From IMG/VR virus record IMGVR_UViG_3300030372_002192, positions 1 to 34,458 of that record: a stretch of DNA of 34,458 bases, one strand, 5' to 3'. The notes beneath the pieces are model-generated. The model worked only from the letters and a program-made list of their open reading frames with translations, did not search any database and was not told the DNA's origin. The stretch comes from a virus. Lineage: Duplodnaviria; Caudoviricetes. Both the position numbers and the translations under genes were made by a program. Positions 26,970 through 34,447 of this stretch are shown here, in pieces (position 1 is the first letter of the stretch; the number at the start of each line of letters is the position of its first letter).

Positions 26970-27464
26970 ATGGCTTGGAGTTATTCAGGAGATCCAGATT
27001 CAAGCGCTTTAGATGCAATCCGTTTCCTTATAGGCGACACCGATACTAACGATCAGCTTTTAGCTAACGAAGAAATTACATGGACTAATAGTCAAGTTAC
27101 CGGGAGTACAACATCAACTGATGCTCTATATACGGTTGCATATCGGTGCATGGTAACTATCGCATCAAAATTTTCACGCCTTGCCGATCAGTCTATAGGA
27201 GACATGAAAGTAGACATGTCCCAGAAAGCAGAAGGGGCCCGGTTGCAAGCAAAAGAATTAAAAGCGCTTGCTCAAAGTGAAGGCGGAACCCCTACACCGT
27301 ATGCTGGAGGCATCACTGTTACGGATAAAGACATTGATCGAGAAAACAGCGACTTAGTTCAGCCATCATTTAGTCAAGGACAATTCGCTAATACCACAGA
27401 CTATGGGGCAGGTCCATCTACAGCTCCTCCGGGAGGAAGCCAAGATGAAGGCTGGGCATCGTGA
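26970..27464 (+). CDS. Head-tail adaptor
   Basis: WSYSGDP....D.IRFLIGDTD...LL..EEI; follows capsid gene. Confidence 0.75.
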   Translation: MAWSYSGDPDSSALDAIRFLIGDTDTNDQLLANEEITWTNSQVTGSTTSTDALYTVAYRCMVTIASKFSRLADQSIGDMKVDMSQKAEGARLQAKELKALAQSEGGTPTPYAGGITVTDKDIDRENSDLVQPSFSQGQFANTTDYGAGPSTAPPGGSQDEGWAS

Positions 27465-27826
27465 CAGGTGCTTCGCCAGCTTCAGTATTTGCTACCGACC
27501 TAAAAGTTCAAATGACACCGACAACGGTTGATATTAGAACTAGTAGTACTTTGAATAATTACGGAGAAAGAACCTTTACCGGGGATGCAACTACTTATCC
27601 TGCCTATGTTCGGAAAAGCACTAGGGCAGAACGAGACATTTCGACAGAAACAGATCAGTGCGATTACATCGCATACATTCCAGATCAGACGCTTTCATTA
27701 AATGTAGATGATCAAATAACTTTACCTGCTCCTATTTCAGGAACAAGACCGATAGTTAGGGTAGACCATAAATCTAATGCGTTAGGGCAAGTAGGTTTAG
27801 TTGTTTATTTGGGGAGGGCCCGGTAA
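27461..27826 (+). CDS. Head closure protein
   Basis: Size, position, YGE motif, D.ITLP. Confidence 0.65.
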   Translation: MTGASPASVFATDLKVQMTPTTVDIRTSSTLNNYGERTFTGDATTYPAYVRKSTRAERDISTETDQCDYIAYIPDQTLSLNVDDQITLPAPISGTRPIVRVDHKSNALGQVGLVVYLGRAR

Positions 27827-27829
27827 TAA

Positions 27830-28294
27830 ATGATTACGGTAACAGGTATGGCTGATTTGCGAAAAAAATTAGCGGCTGGAAATTTAGTAGTTATAGAAGC
27901 AAGCCGTGAAGCTGTAACTGATATAACAGAACAAGTTGCTATAAAATCTCAAATGCTTGTTCCTTTCGACACTGGTGCATTAGCAAGGTCAATGGTTATT
28001 AAATACCCAATCATTAAGTCAGATAACCCTAAAGGTGAAATAGCCTACGGTGGAACAGCGGCACCATACGCAGTAGTTCAGCATGAATTAGAAAGTTTAT
28101 ATCATCCACCGAAACCACCGGGGAAAAGAAAAGTAAGCAAAAAATCTGGAAGCGGTCCGACTTCTCCCGGTACTGGCAGACCTAAAGGAAGCCCAAAGTA
28201 TTTACAGCATCCTTTAGAGCAGGTTGGTCCTAGAGGCTTTCAAAAGCATTTACTGAAACTAATAAACAAATATATTAGGCTGTATTCACGATGA
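27830..28294 (+). CDS. HK97 gp10-like neck protein
   Basis: VPFDTGALARS, PYAVVQHE, KYL..P. Confidence 0.8.
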   Translation: MITVTGMADLRKKLAAGNLVVIEASREAVTDITEQVAIKSQMLVPFDTGALARSMVIKYPIIKSDNPKGEIAYGGTAAPYAVVQHELESLYHPPKPPGKRKVSKKSGSGPTSPGTGRPKGSPKYLQHPLEQVGPRGFQKHLLKLINKYIRLYSR

Positions 28295-28695
28295 GCATTT
28301 TGACTGATTTAGGATCATATTTGAATAGCGCCAGCATCTCGACACAAGACCTTACGTTAGGCACAAACCTTTTTTTATCTAGGCTCCCGGAAACTCCTGA
28401 CACTTGTGTCGCTTTAATTCAGTCAGGAGGCACAGCTCCTACGGACACATTCGGTACTAGCTACCCTATTTTAGAAACCCCCGGTATACAAACGTTAGTT
28501 AGGTCAGCTAGTTATGCTACTGGTGAATCATTAGCTGTAGATGTTTTCAAATCATTGCAATCTGTCGAGAACCAAACACTAACATCAACTTTGTATTTGA
28601 AAATAGAAGCTGAACAGTCACCGTTCCCACTCGACAGAGATTCACAGGAACGTGTTTTGTTTTCATGCAACTTTCTAATAACAAAAGCAATATAG
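28291..28695 (+). CDS. Tail terminator protein
   Basis: P..PD, P.IQ.LVR, P..L..D...R..FS.NF. Confidence 0.75.
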   Translation: MSILTDLGSYLNSASISTQDLTLGTNLFLSRLPETPDTCVALIQSGGTAPTDTFGTSYPILETPGIQTLVRSASYATGESLAVDVFKSLQSVENQTLTSTLYLKIEAEQSPFPLDRDSQERVLFSCNFLITKAI

Positions 28696-28838
28696 ACATT
28701 TACGGTGAAAAGCCGTCAGAAGGCTCTAAAACGCTCGCTAACGCACTTTGTGATCATTGCGGTAAGCTGATAGCTGAATTAGTTACAACGCCGTTTAGAA
28801 TCCATTGTCGGTTCTGTAAACAATATACGGAGCACTAA
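28665..28838 (+). CDS. Com-like zinc-ribbon protein (57 aa, missing from ORF track)
   Basis: ...IYGE...CDHCGKLIAELVTTPFRIHCRFCK*. Confidence 0.7.
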   Translation: MQLSNNKSNIDIYGEKPSEGSKTLANALCDHCGKLIAELVTTPFRIHCRFCKQYTEH

Positions 28839-28868
28839 AAAAGCCCCCTACCGAAGTAGAGGGCTTTA
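28837..28868. terminator. Bidirectional terminator
   Basis: AAAAAAGCCCCCTAC-CGAA-GTAGAGGGCTTT between convergent genes. Confidence 0.8.
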
Positions 28869-28872
28869 ATAG

Positions 28873-29124
28873 TTATCTATTTTCGTTTATGCCTTCAAAA
28901 ACATCTATATATTCTTCTAATTTGAATTCGCAAATTCCAATATGCTTCTTAATAGCTTCTGGTGTGTTTCCTCTGTAGTAGGTAGGTCCACCATCACCGT
29001 CATTTAGAATACTTCCGCATTCTGTTTTTGCTTCATATCCAACTCCCCGGTTGGTCTTGAAGTATCTAATGCTAGTTACTTTCATGGAATCTTCTCCTTT
29101 TGGTTTATTTGTTGTTAACTCCAT
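28873..29124 (-). CDS. MELT-leader cassette gene 5 (alternative start 29085)
   Basis: Conserved leader at 29124; NDGDGGPT motif. Confidence 0.85.
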   Translation of the reverse strand: MELTTNKPKGEDSMKVTSIRYFKTNRGVGYEAKTECGSILNDGDGGPTYYRGNTPEAIKKHIGICEFKLEEYIDVFEGINENR

Positions 29125-29220
29125 ATTTTGATCATACATTAATCACAATAGATGTAAACCCTCTTTATATTTATTTATATAGAAGTTTACTTACCGGGCC
29201 CCAACTTATATAGTCAGAAC
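29125..29220. promoter_or_regulatory. Divergent class I promoter pair
   Basis: Minus TTTACA-16-TATGAT-6-ATG; plus TTTACT(29186)-17-TATAGT-6-ATG. Confidence 0.88.
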
Positions 29221-29511
29221 ATGGAGTTAATTAATAAACCAAACCAAGAAAGGGACAACATGCAAAACTGTTGCGAAAACGAAACGCCTTACTGGCGTAT
29301 AGGTGAAACTGAAGCCAAATGGGTAGAGGTCGGTGATCTGATAACTATTTCTGACGTACTACTAAAAGTAACTGAGGTACAGCATTATCTATTTCATAAT
29401 CCAGAACAAAAAATGGTAAACATAAAAGGTATAAGTGGTCATAAAGGTTACGGTTACGATGGCGATTTCGCTTTTTTAGCAGACAATGATCAGATAATAG
29501 AAATTCACTAA
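29221..29511 (+). CDS. MELT-leader cassette gene 6 (alternative start 29260)
   Basis: ATGGAGTTAAT leader variant; AKWVEVGDLI beta-barrel-like motif; own terminator. Confidence 0.85.
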   Translation: MELINKPNQERDNMQNCCENETPYWRIGETEAKWVEVGDLITISDVLLKVTEVQHYLFHNPEQKMVNIKGISGHKGYGYDGDFAFLADNDQIIEIH

Positions 29512-29515
29512 ATCT

Positions 29516-29554
29516 AAAATCCCCTACTACTCCGCAGATGGTAGGGGATTTTTT
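29516..29554. terminator. Intrinsic terminator
   Basis: AAAATCCCCTAC...GTAGGGGATTTTTT. Confidence 0.88.
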
Positions 29555-29606
29555 ATGCCCCAGCACCTAAAGACAAATTGTCGAGACTGACCTAAAATTA
29601 GGTTAT

Positions 29607-31136
29607 ATGCGCCCTGCCACCGTATTACTTAAGATAATTAGTAGGTCATGTTTAGCATTAGTGCTATTGATGGCATGGATAGTTCCTGCCCAAGCCCAAC
29701 AAACTACATGTACTGAAACTGAAACCGGGTGGACCTGCACAGTATGGGTTCATGTATTTGGAGAGGGACCGAGTTTCACATTCACGCTAACTGAAGAAAC
29801 TGATATTACTGCTAAAACGTTCACTAGCATGACCTGTGATGATTGGGATAATGCGCCACATGATTATGCCGCTGACCCTCACCTATGGCTGTACTCTGTC
29901 GATTCGGATGGCGTTTTAACTGAAATAGCTGAAGATGATGATGGGCATACAGAGGTGAACGATGGGTCTAATATGTGCTGGGATTCTAAAATAGCTATGA
30001 CATTATCTCCCGGAGATTACTCATTGAGGGCTGATGCTTTTGATGTTGATTACATAGGCACATACACACTTGAGTTCATTAACGTTGATGTAACAGTTCC
30101 CCAGCCTACGCCTACACCACCGCCAGAAGTTCCTGAACCGACACCTGAACCTGACCCGATTCCAACTCCTGATCCAGATCCAATCCCAGACCCGACACCC
30201 AGTCCAACTCCTGAACCAACGCCTCAGCCAACACCCATTGAAGATCAAGAACCAGAGGAACCAGTTGAAGATACTCCCCCACCTGAACCTGAACCAACGC
30301 CAACACCTTCACCGCAACCAACTCCTACACCCATACCAGAGCCACCAACCGCTGAAGAAATAGGTGATGCTTTTGAAGAATGGATAACTGAAAATGATTT
30401 GGAGTTTGATTTTGGGTTTGATGATATTCCCTTTGATGATGATGGTGAAATTATTATAGACGAGTTGCCCGGTATAGAACCAGATTTTGAAGAAATAGAG
30501 GTATTCGACGAAGAACAAGAACTAGTCGAATTAGTCGAAAATGAACCAGAACTAGTCGAAGAACGAAATGCTGGGCCCGGTACGGAAGAAATAGAACTAG
30601 AAGATATAGAAGAAGAATTTATAGAAGAATACGAAGAAGGTCCACCGAATGATGAAGATATTTATTTTGATGAAGAAACCGGGGAGTGGGAAGATGACCC
30701 AGATTTAGACCTTGAAGAAGTTGATATAGAAGAATTGCTAGAAGATGAAGAAGCGCTAGATGAACTTATTGAAGAATTAGAAGCTGATGATGTTTTAGAT
30801 GAAATACTTGAAGATAATCCTGATTTCATTGAAGAAGCTGAAACAGAGCAGTTAGAAGAATTATTCGAGGACAAGCCTGAAATTTTCATACAAGCTGATG
30901 ATTCAGTGAAAGAGGAATTTCAGGAGGAGGTGAATATCTTTAGCGGAGCGTTTGATGATTATGTTGCATCAGGTCAAAACATAACTGTAGAAGAAAGACG
31001 AACCGTAGTAGCGGCAACTACAGTTGTAACTACAGTAGCTACGCAAGTAAGACCAGCACCAACTATGACAGGACCAAGTACAAGTATCGGCGGACCGTCT
31101 GTCGGTTCTCCGGGAGGAAGGAGAAGAAATGTTTAA
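29607..31136 (+). CDS. Exported Pro-rich, highly acidic protein
   Basis: Signal peptide, beta domain, PT/PE/PD linker, Glu/Asp-rich region; AAGACA-17-TAAAAT promoter upstream. Confidence 0.85.
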   Translation: MRPATVLLKIISRSCLALVLLMAWIVPAQAQQTTCTETETGWTCTVWVHVFGEGPSFTFTLTEETDITAKTFTSMTCDDWDNAPHDYAADPHLWLYSVDSDGVLTEIAEDDDGHTEVNDGSNMCWDSKIAMTLSPGDYSLRADAFDVDYIGTYTLEFINVDVTVPQPTPTPPPEVPEPTPEPDPIPTPDPDPIPDPTPSPTPEPTPQPTPIEDQEPEEPVEDTPPPEPEPTPTPSPQPTPTPIPEPPTAEEIGDAFEEWITENDLEFDFGFDDIPFDDDGEIIIDELPGIEPDFEEIEVFDEEQELVELVENEPELVEERNAGPGTEEIELEDIEEEFIEEYEEGPPNDEDIYFDEETGEWEDDPDLDLEEVDIEELLEDEEALDELIEELEADDVLDEILEDNPDFIEEAETEQLEELFEDKPEIFIQADDSVKEEFQEEVNIFSGAFDDYVASGQNITVEERRTVVAATTVVTTVATQVRPAPTMTGPSTSIGGPSVGSPGGRRRNV

Positions 31137-31317
31137 GGACATACTCCAGAAATTATCAAAAGAGGTTTTATTCCTTAGCCTAACAATTGGAGGAACTTTG
31201 CTCGTATTAATTACATTAAGCGGTTCTACTTTGAAAAAAGGCATTTATATTTCTGCGATATCTTTAACAGCTCATTTAGTCGGAGTTGCTTTAGAACAAT
31301 ATCAAAACGATGAATAA
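31129..31317 (+). CDS. Small two-helix membrane protein
   Basis: Two hydrophobic segments; overlaps neighbours. Confidence 0.75.
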   Translation: MFKDILQKLSKEVLFLSLTIGGTLLVLITLSGSTLKKGIYISAISLTAHLVGVALEQYQNDE

Positions 31318-31576
31318 AACTGTAGCAACAGTCGGCTCCGTCATTACGAGGATAATGGCTACGTTCGTATATCAGGCAATGGCGGTTATCGGTGGCGCAT
31401 CGATTATCGGCGGCATTCCGGTATATAAAGCGGCATTACTATCAGGCTTAACAGCAACGGCTACAGTAGTACAGAAGCTGGCATTTGCGTATGCGGATGA
31501 TGGCAAAATAACGTTAGAAGAATTAGATGCGGCTTTTCAAATAAACTCCGCACCTTCAAGTAAGGAAAATACATGA
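31310..31576 (+). CDS. Holin-like membrane protein
   Basis: Two hydrophobic segments, DDGKIT.EE...AF tail. Confidence 0.65.
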   Translation: MNKTVATVGSVITRIMATFVYQAMAVIGGASIIGGIPVYKAALLSGLTATATVVQKLAFAYADDGKITLEELDAAFQINSAPSSKENT

Positions 31577-31929
31577 GCAAAAAAAATTTATACCATTACC
31601 GGGCAGACCTAAAACGAGTTGTAGATGGCGACACGATAGATGTTGTTCTTGATTTAGGTTTTGATATACACATGCAAGCCAGAATTAGGTTTGCTGGTAT
31701 TAACGCACCAGAATCGAGAACAAAAGATTTAGTTGAAAAACAAAAAGGTTTGGAATCAAAACGATTTGTTGAAGATTGGTTAGGAAACATAGATCAGATA
31801 ATTATAGAAACCCAGCTTGATAAAAAAGGAAAGTTTGGGAGGATACTGGGAAGGGTTTTGAATCCTGCTGGCGATTGTCTAAATGACGAAATGATTACAT
31901 TAGGGCATGCAAAGCCCTACGGTGAATAA
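31573..31929 (+). CDS. Thermonuclease (SNase-like)
   Basis: RVVDGDTID..LDLGF, RIRFAGINAPE, GKFGRILG. Confidence 0.9.
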   Translation: MSKKNLYHYRADLKRVVDGDTIDVVLDLGFDIHMQARIRFAGINAPESRTKDLVEKQKGLESKRFVEDWLGNIDQIIIETQLDKKGKFGRILGRVLNPAGDCLNDEMITLGHAKPYGE

Positions 31930-31939
31930 TCTCAGGCAC

Positions 31940-31976
31940 AAAAAAAGCCCCTCCCGGGAGGAAGGGGCTTTTTTTT
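31940..31976. terminator. Bidirectional terminator
   Basis: A7-GCCCCTCCC-GGGA-GGAAGGGGC-T8 between convergent genes. Confidence 0.88.
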
Positions 31977-32190
31977 ATCGTTGAGTACCCCATGTTTCGT
32001 GACCGCCTCTCTGTCGATTGACATTGCGGATTGAAACTGATGGATTAAAAGCGCCGAATCGGTATTCTTTTCTTTTAGCTATTTCGCATTCACAAATTGA
32101 TTTCCAACCGTAGCCTCCTGTGCCGTAGATGTATCTACGCTCCATTTTTAATGTCATTGATTCTCCTTTTGGTTTATTTGTTAACTCCAT
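31975..32190 (-). CDS. MELT-leader cassette gene 7 (alternative start 32157)
   Basis: TTTACA-17-TATAGT-7-ATG promoter and conserved leader. Confidence 0.8.
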   Translation of the reverse strand: MELTNKPKGESMTLKMERRYIYGTGGYGWKSICECEIAKRKEYRFGAFNPSVSIRNVNRQRGGHETWGTQR

Positions 32191-32296
32191 GTAGATGACT
32201 ATATAAGTTCAGGCCCGGTATGTAAACATCATTTTACGTTTTAGTATGTCCCATGCTTCTTGTATAGTTGGGCTAAACCAAGAAAGGAATAAACCA
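32191..32296. promoter_or_regulatory. Divergent promoter region
   Basis: Minus class I promoter; plus TATAGT(32263) then TAAACCAAGAAAGGA. Confidence 0.75.
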
Positions 32297-32476
32297 ATGA
32301 CAGTATCAAATGATTTTGATTTTGATTTCAGTCAGTCCAAAGCAAAAAAGCAATGGCGTAAAAAAAGAACCTACGTCAAATGTATGGATTGTCGAGCGCT
32401 GATAGAAACATCTATCTCCGGGAGATATCCAACTTGCCCATTTTGTGATGGTGCTAACTGGTCAAATGATTATTAA
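32297..32476 (+). CDS. Small zinc-ribbon protein
   Basis: CMDC...CPFC; extended SD before ATG 32297. Confidence 0.75.
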   Translation: MTVSNDFDFDFSQSKAKKQWRKKRTYVKCMDCRALIETSISGRYPTCPFCDGANWSNDY

Positions 32477-32487
32477 GGAGAAAACCA

Positions 32488-32976
32488 ATGAGAAATAAAA
32501 CGACTGCTTTTGAAAACGATGCTAAAGCAGATAAATATGCAATGGACAATCCTGTCGAATACGAATACTATTTGCGCAGGTTAGCTGAACTACAAGATTG
32601 TCGGGAGCGAATAAAAGAGTTACGAACTTGGGAATCAGAAATCATCAGCGACATTTCAGAGATAAAACCAAAACCACCTTTCAAAGCTGTTATAGGCGGT
32701 ATAGGTCGGGTAACTATATCTAATAGTAAAAACCGCAAATGGGATAACGAAGAAATGTGGAACGTAATGACTGCTAGGGCTAGAGATGCTCGTTTAATAG
32801 ATAAAGAAACAGGCGAAGTATTAGAAAGCGAAATGGGAGCATTACGCCGTGTTATAGAAGAATGCGCTTACATCAGCTATTGGAAAGTAACACCACTAGT
32901 TGAAAAATATGGGATTGATCCAGATGAATATGCTGAGATTCGTTCTCAGCGTCCCAGTGTGCGTATAGAATCATAA
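32488..32976 (+). CDS. Hypothetical protein
   Basis: AAGGAG SD; 162 aa. Confidence 0.8.
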   Translation: MRNKTTAFENDAKADKYAMDNPVEYEYYLRRLAELQDCRERIKELRTWESEIISDISEIKPKPPFKAVIGGIGRVTISNSKNRKWDNEEMWNVMTARARDARLIDKETGEVLESEMGALRRVIEECAYISYWKVTPLVEKYGIDPDEYAEIRSQRPSVRIES

Positions 32977-32977
32977 A

Positions 32978-33062
32978 TAGATCATGCCTAGTTAACTCCA
33001 ATTAAATAGGCATCCCGGTAGGGCGGTGGGTTTTCTTGGTTTAACTCACCGCCCTATTTTTT
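32978..33062 (+). ncRNA. Candidate two-hairpin antisense sRNA ending in an intrinsic terminator
   Basis: Hairpin 1 (32984-33013) carries GTTAACTCCA; hairpin 2 (33019-33056) loop TTCTTGGTTT then T6; both complementary to cassette leaders. Confidence 0.65.
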
Positions 33063-33091
33063 GCGGTTAGTCGATAAACGAAATGCTGTGG

Positions 33092-33127
33092 CTGACATTT
33101 GTCGAATAACCTGCTAAAGTTTATTGC
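33092..33127 (+). promoter_or_regulatory. Class II promoter of lysis operon, leaderless start
   Basis: CTGACA-17-TAAAGT-7-ATG. Confidence 0.7.
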
Positions 33128-33868
33128 ATGTCTTTGCCAACTACTAGCAAATGGGTTCGTACTGATTTATTGCATCCCACTTTTAAGGCACGCTTACATG
33201 CGCTACTAAATGAAGATAGCCGTATAGCTGGAAAAGTTAAGATCGTATCAGGCGTGCGCTCATACGCCGACCAGAAACGCTTATACGATGGTTGGGTTGC
33301 TCGTAAACCGGGGTTTAATTTAGCCGCAAATCCAGACCGAACTTTTGCTCCGGGCTGGACAGGTAGCTATCACATGCAACAGAAATTTGACGGCTACGGA
33401 CACGCCGTGGACCTCAGAATCACTGGGAGCGGTTTAACTACAGGAGATGTAGCACGAATAGCTAAAGATTACGGTATTCGACAGACGGTGCTAAACCCTT
33501 TTGAATGGTGGCATTTCCAATGGCGTAACACATCTGGTATTTTTCCAGCCCCGGCAATGGAAGGAAAACCAACAGAAACGAAAACAGCTATTAAAAAGAA
33601 AGTGGATCTAAAAGGAGTAGGAGCGGCGATAGCTATGTTGGGGGAACAGGTACGCAGGCAACCGTTACGCAAAGGATCTAAAAACAGTGCGGTAAAAGTA
33701 CTACAGGCACAATTAAACAACTTAGGTTTTCAATGCGGTTTTGCGGATGGCATTTTTGGTCGAAAGACGCAAAGAGCTGTTCGCAAATTTCAATTAGCTA
33801 ACAATTTGGTTGCTGATGCAATAGTCGGACCGCTTACTTGGAGACAATTATTTGCTAAGGTGGGGTAA
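33128..33868 (+). CDS. Endolysin: M15/VanY-like peptidase plus peptidoglycan-binding domain
   Basis: SG.RS..Q, S.H...G.AVD, EWWH; LQ..L...ADGIFG..T..AVRKFQ..L.AD.IVGP.TW. Confidence 0.88.
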   Translation: MSLPTTSKWVRTDLLHPTFKARLHALLNEDSRIAGKVKIVSGVRSYADQKRLYDGWVARKPGFNLAANPDRTFAPGWTGSYHMQQKFDGYGHAVDLRITGSGLTTGDVARIAKDYGIRQTVLNPFEWWHFQWRNTSGIFPAPAMEGKPTETKTAIKKKVDLKGVGAAIAMLGEQVRRQPLRKGSKNSAVKVLQAQLNNLGFQCGFADGIFGRKTQRAVRKFQLANNLVADAIVGPLTWRQLFAKVG

Positions 33869-34143
33869 TGAGATTAAACATTGACCAATTAAAAGATATT
33901 TTAGAACGAGCTATTTTCACATACATACAAACATTTTTAGGTTTGATGTCAGCTTCAGGTCTTGGAGTTGATATGGGTGGAATTAGCACACTTAAAATGG
34001 CGGCACTAGGTGGGCTACCTGCCGCTTTTTCAGTCATTAAAGGAGCTGTAGCCACACTGGGCCCGGTAGGAGATGCGACAGCTTCATGCTTACGGCAACA
34101 GCCAGTAGTTCCTGATGATGCTGAAAATCAATTATACGAATAG
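33868..34143 (+). CDS. Holin (r1t-like)
   Basis: ERAIFTYIQTFLG, two hydrophobic segments, coupled to endolysin. Confidence 0.75.
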   Translation: MRLNIDQLKDILERAIFTYIQTFLGLMSASGLGVDMGGISTLKMAALGGLPAAFSVIKGAVATLGPVGDATASCLRQQPVVPDDAENQLYE

Positions 34144-34150
34144 GAGAAAA

Positions 34151-34447
34151 ATGCCTAATTACAATTTGTCGAGAACAAACAACTCTGATGTAAAAGGGGT
34201 TCGTGAACTTCAAGAAGCATTAAATAACAAAGGTGCTAAGTTATATGTAGATGGTCGCTTTGCTCGTAGCACTGACATGGCGTTAGCGGCTTTTCAAAGT
34301 GAAAACAAATTAGACGTCACCGGGGTTGCTGATGAAGCGACATGGAAGAAACTTCTCCCGGAAAAAAAGAAAGCACCAGCTAAAAAGAAAGCACCAGCTA
34401 AAAAAGCAACAGCTAAGAAGCCTGCCCCAAAAGCAAAAAAGAAATAG
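34151..34447 (+). CDS. Peptidoglycan-binding domain protein with histone-like PAKK tail
   Basis: AGGAG SD; VRELQEAL..VDG.F..T...FQ...L.VTG..D..TW then KKKAPAKKKAPAKK. Confidence 0.8.
   Translation: MPNYNLSRTNNSDVKGVRELQEALNNKGAKLYVDGRFARSTDMALAAFQSENKLDVTGVADEATWKKLLPEKKKAPAKKKAPAKKATAKKPAPKAKKK

Noticed and set aside
30100-30350. Repetitive DNA as a diversity-generating or mobile element
   Set aside because: Explained by Pro-Thr/Glu/Asp linker coding; no reverse transcriptase or template-repeat pair seen.
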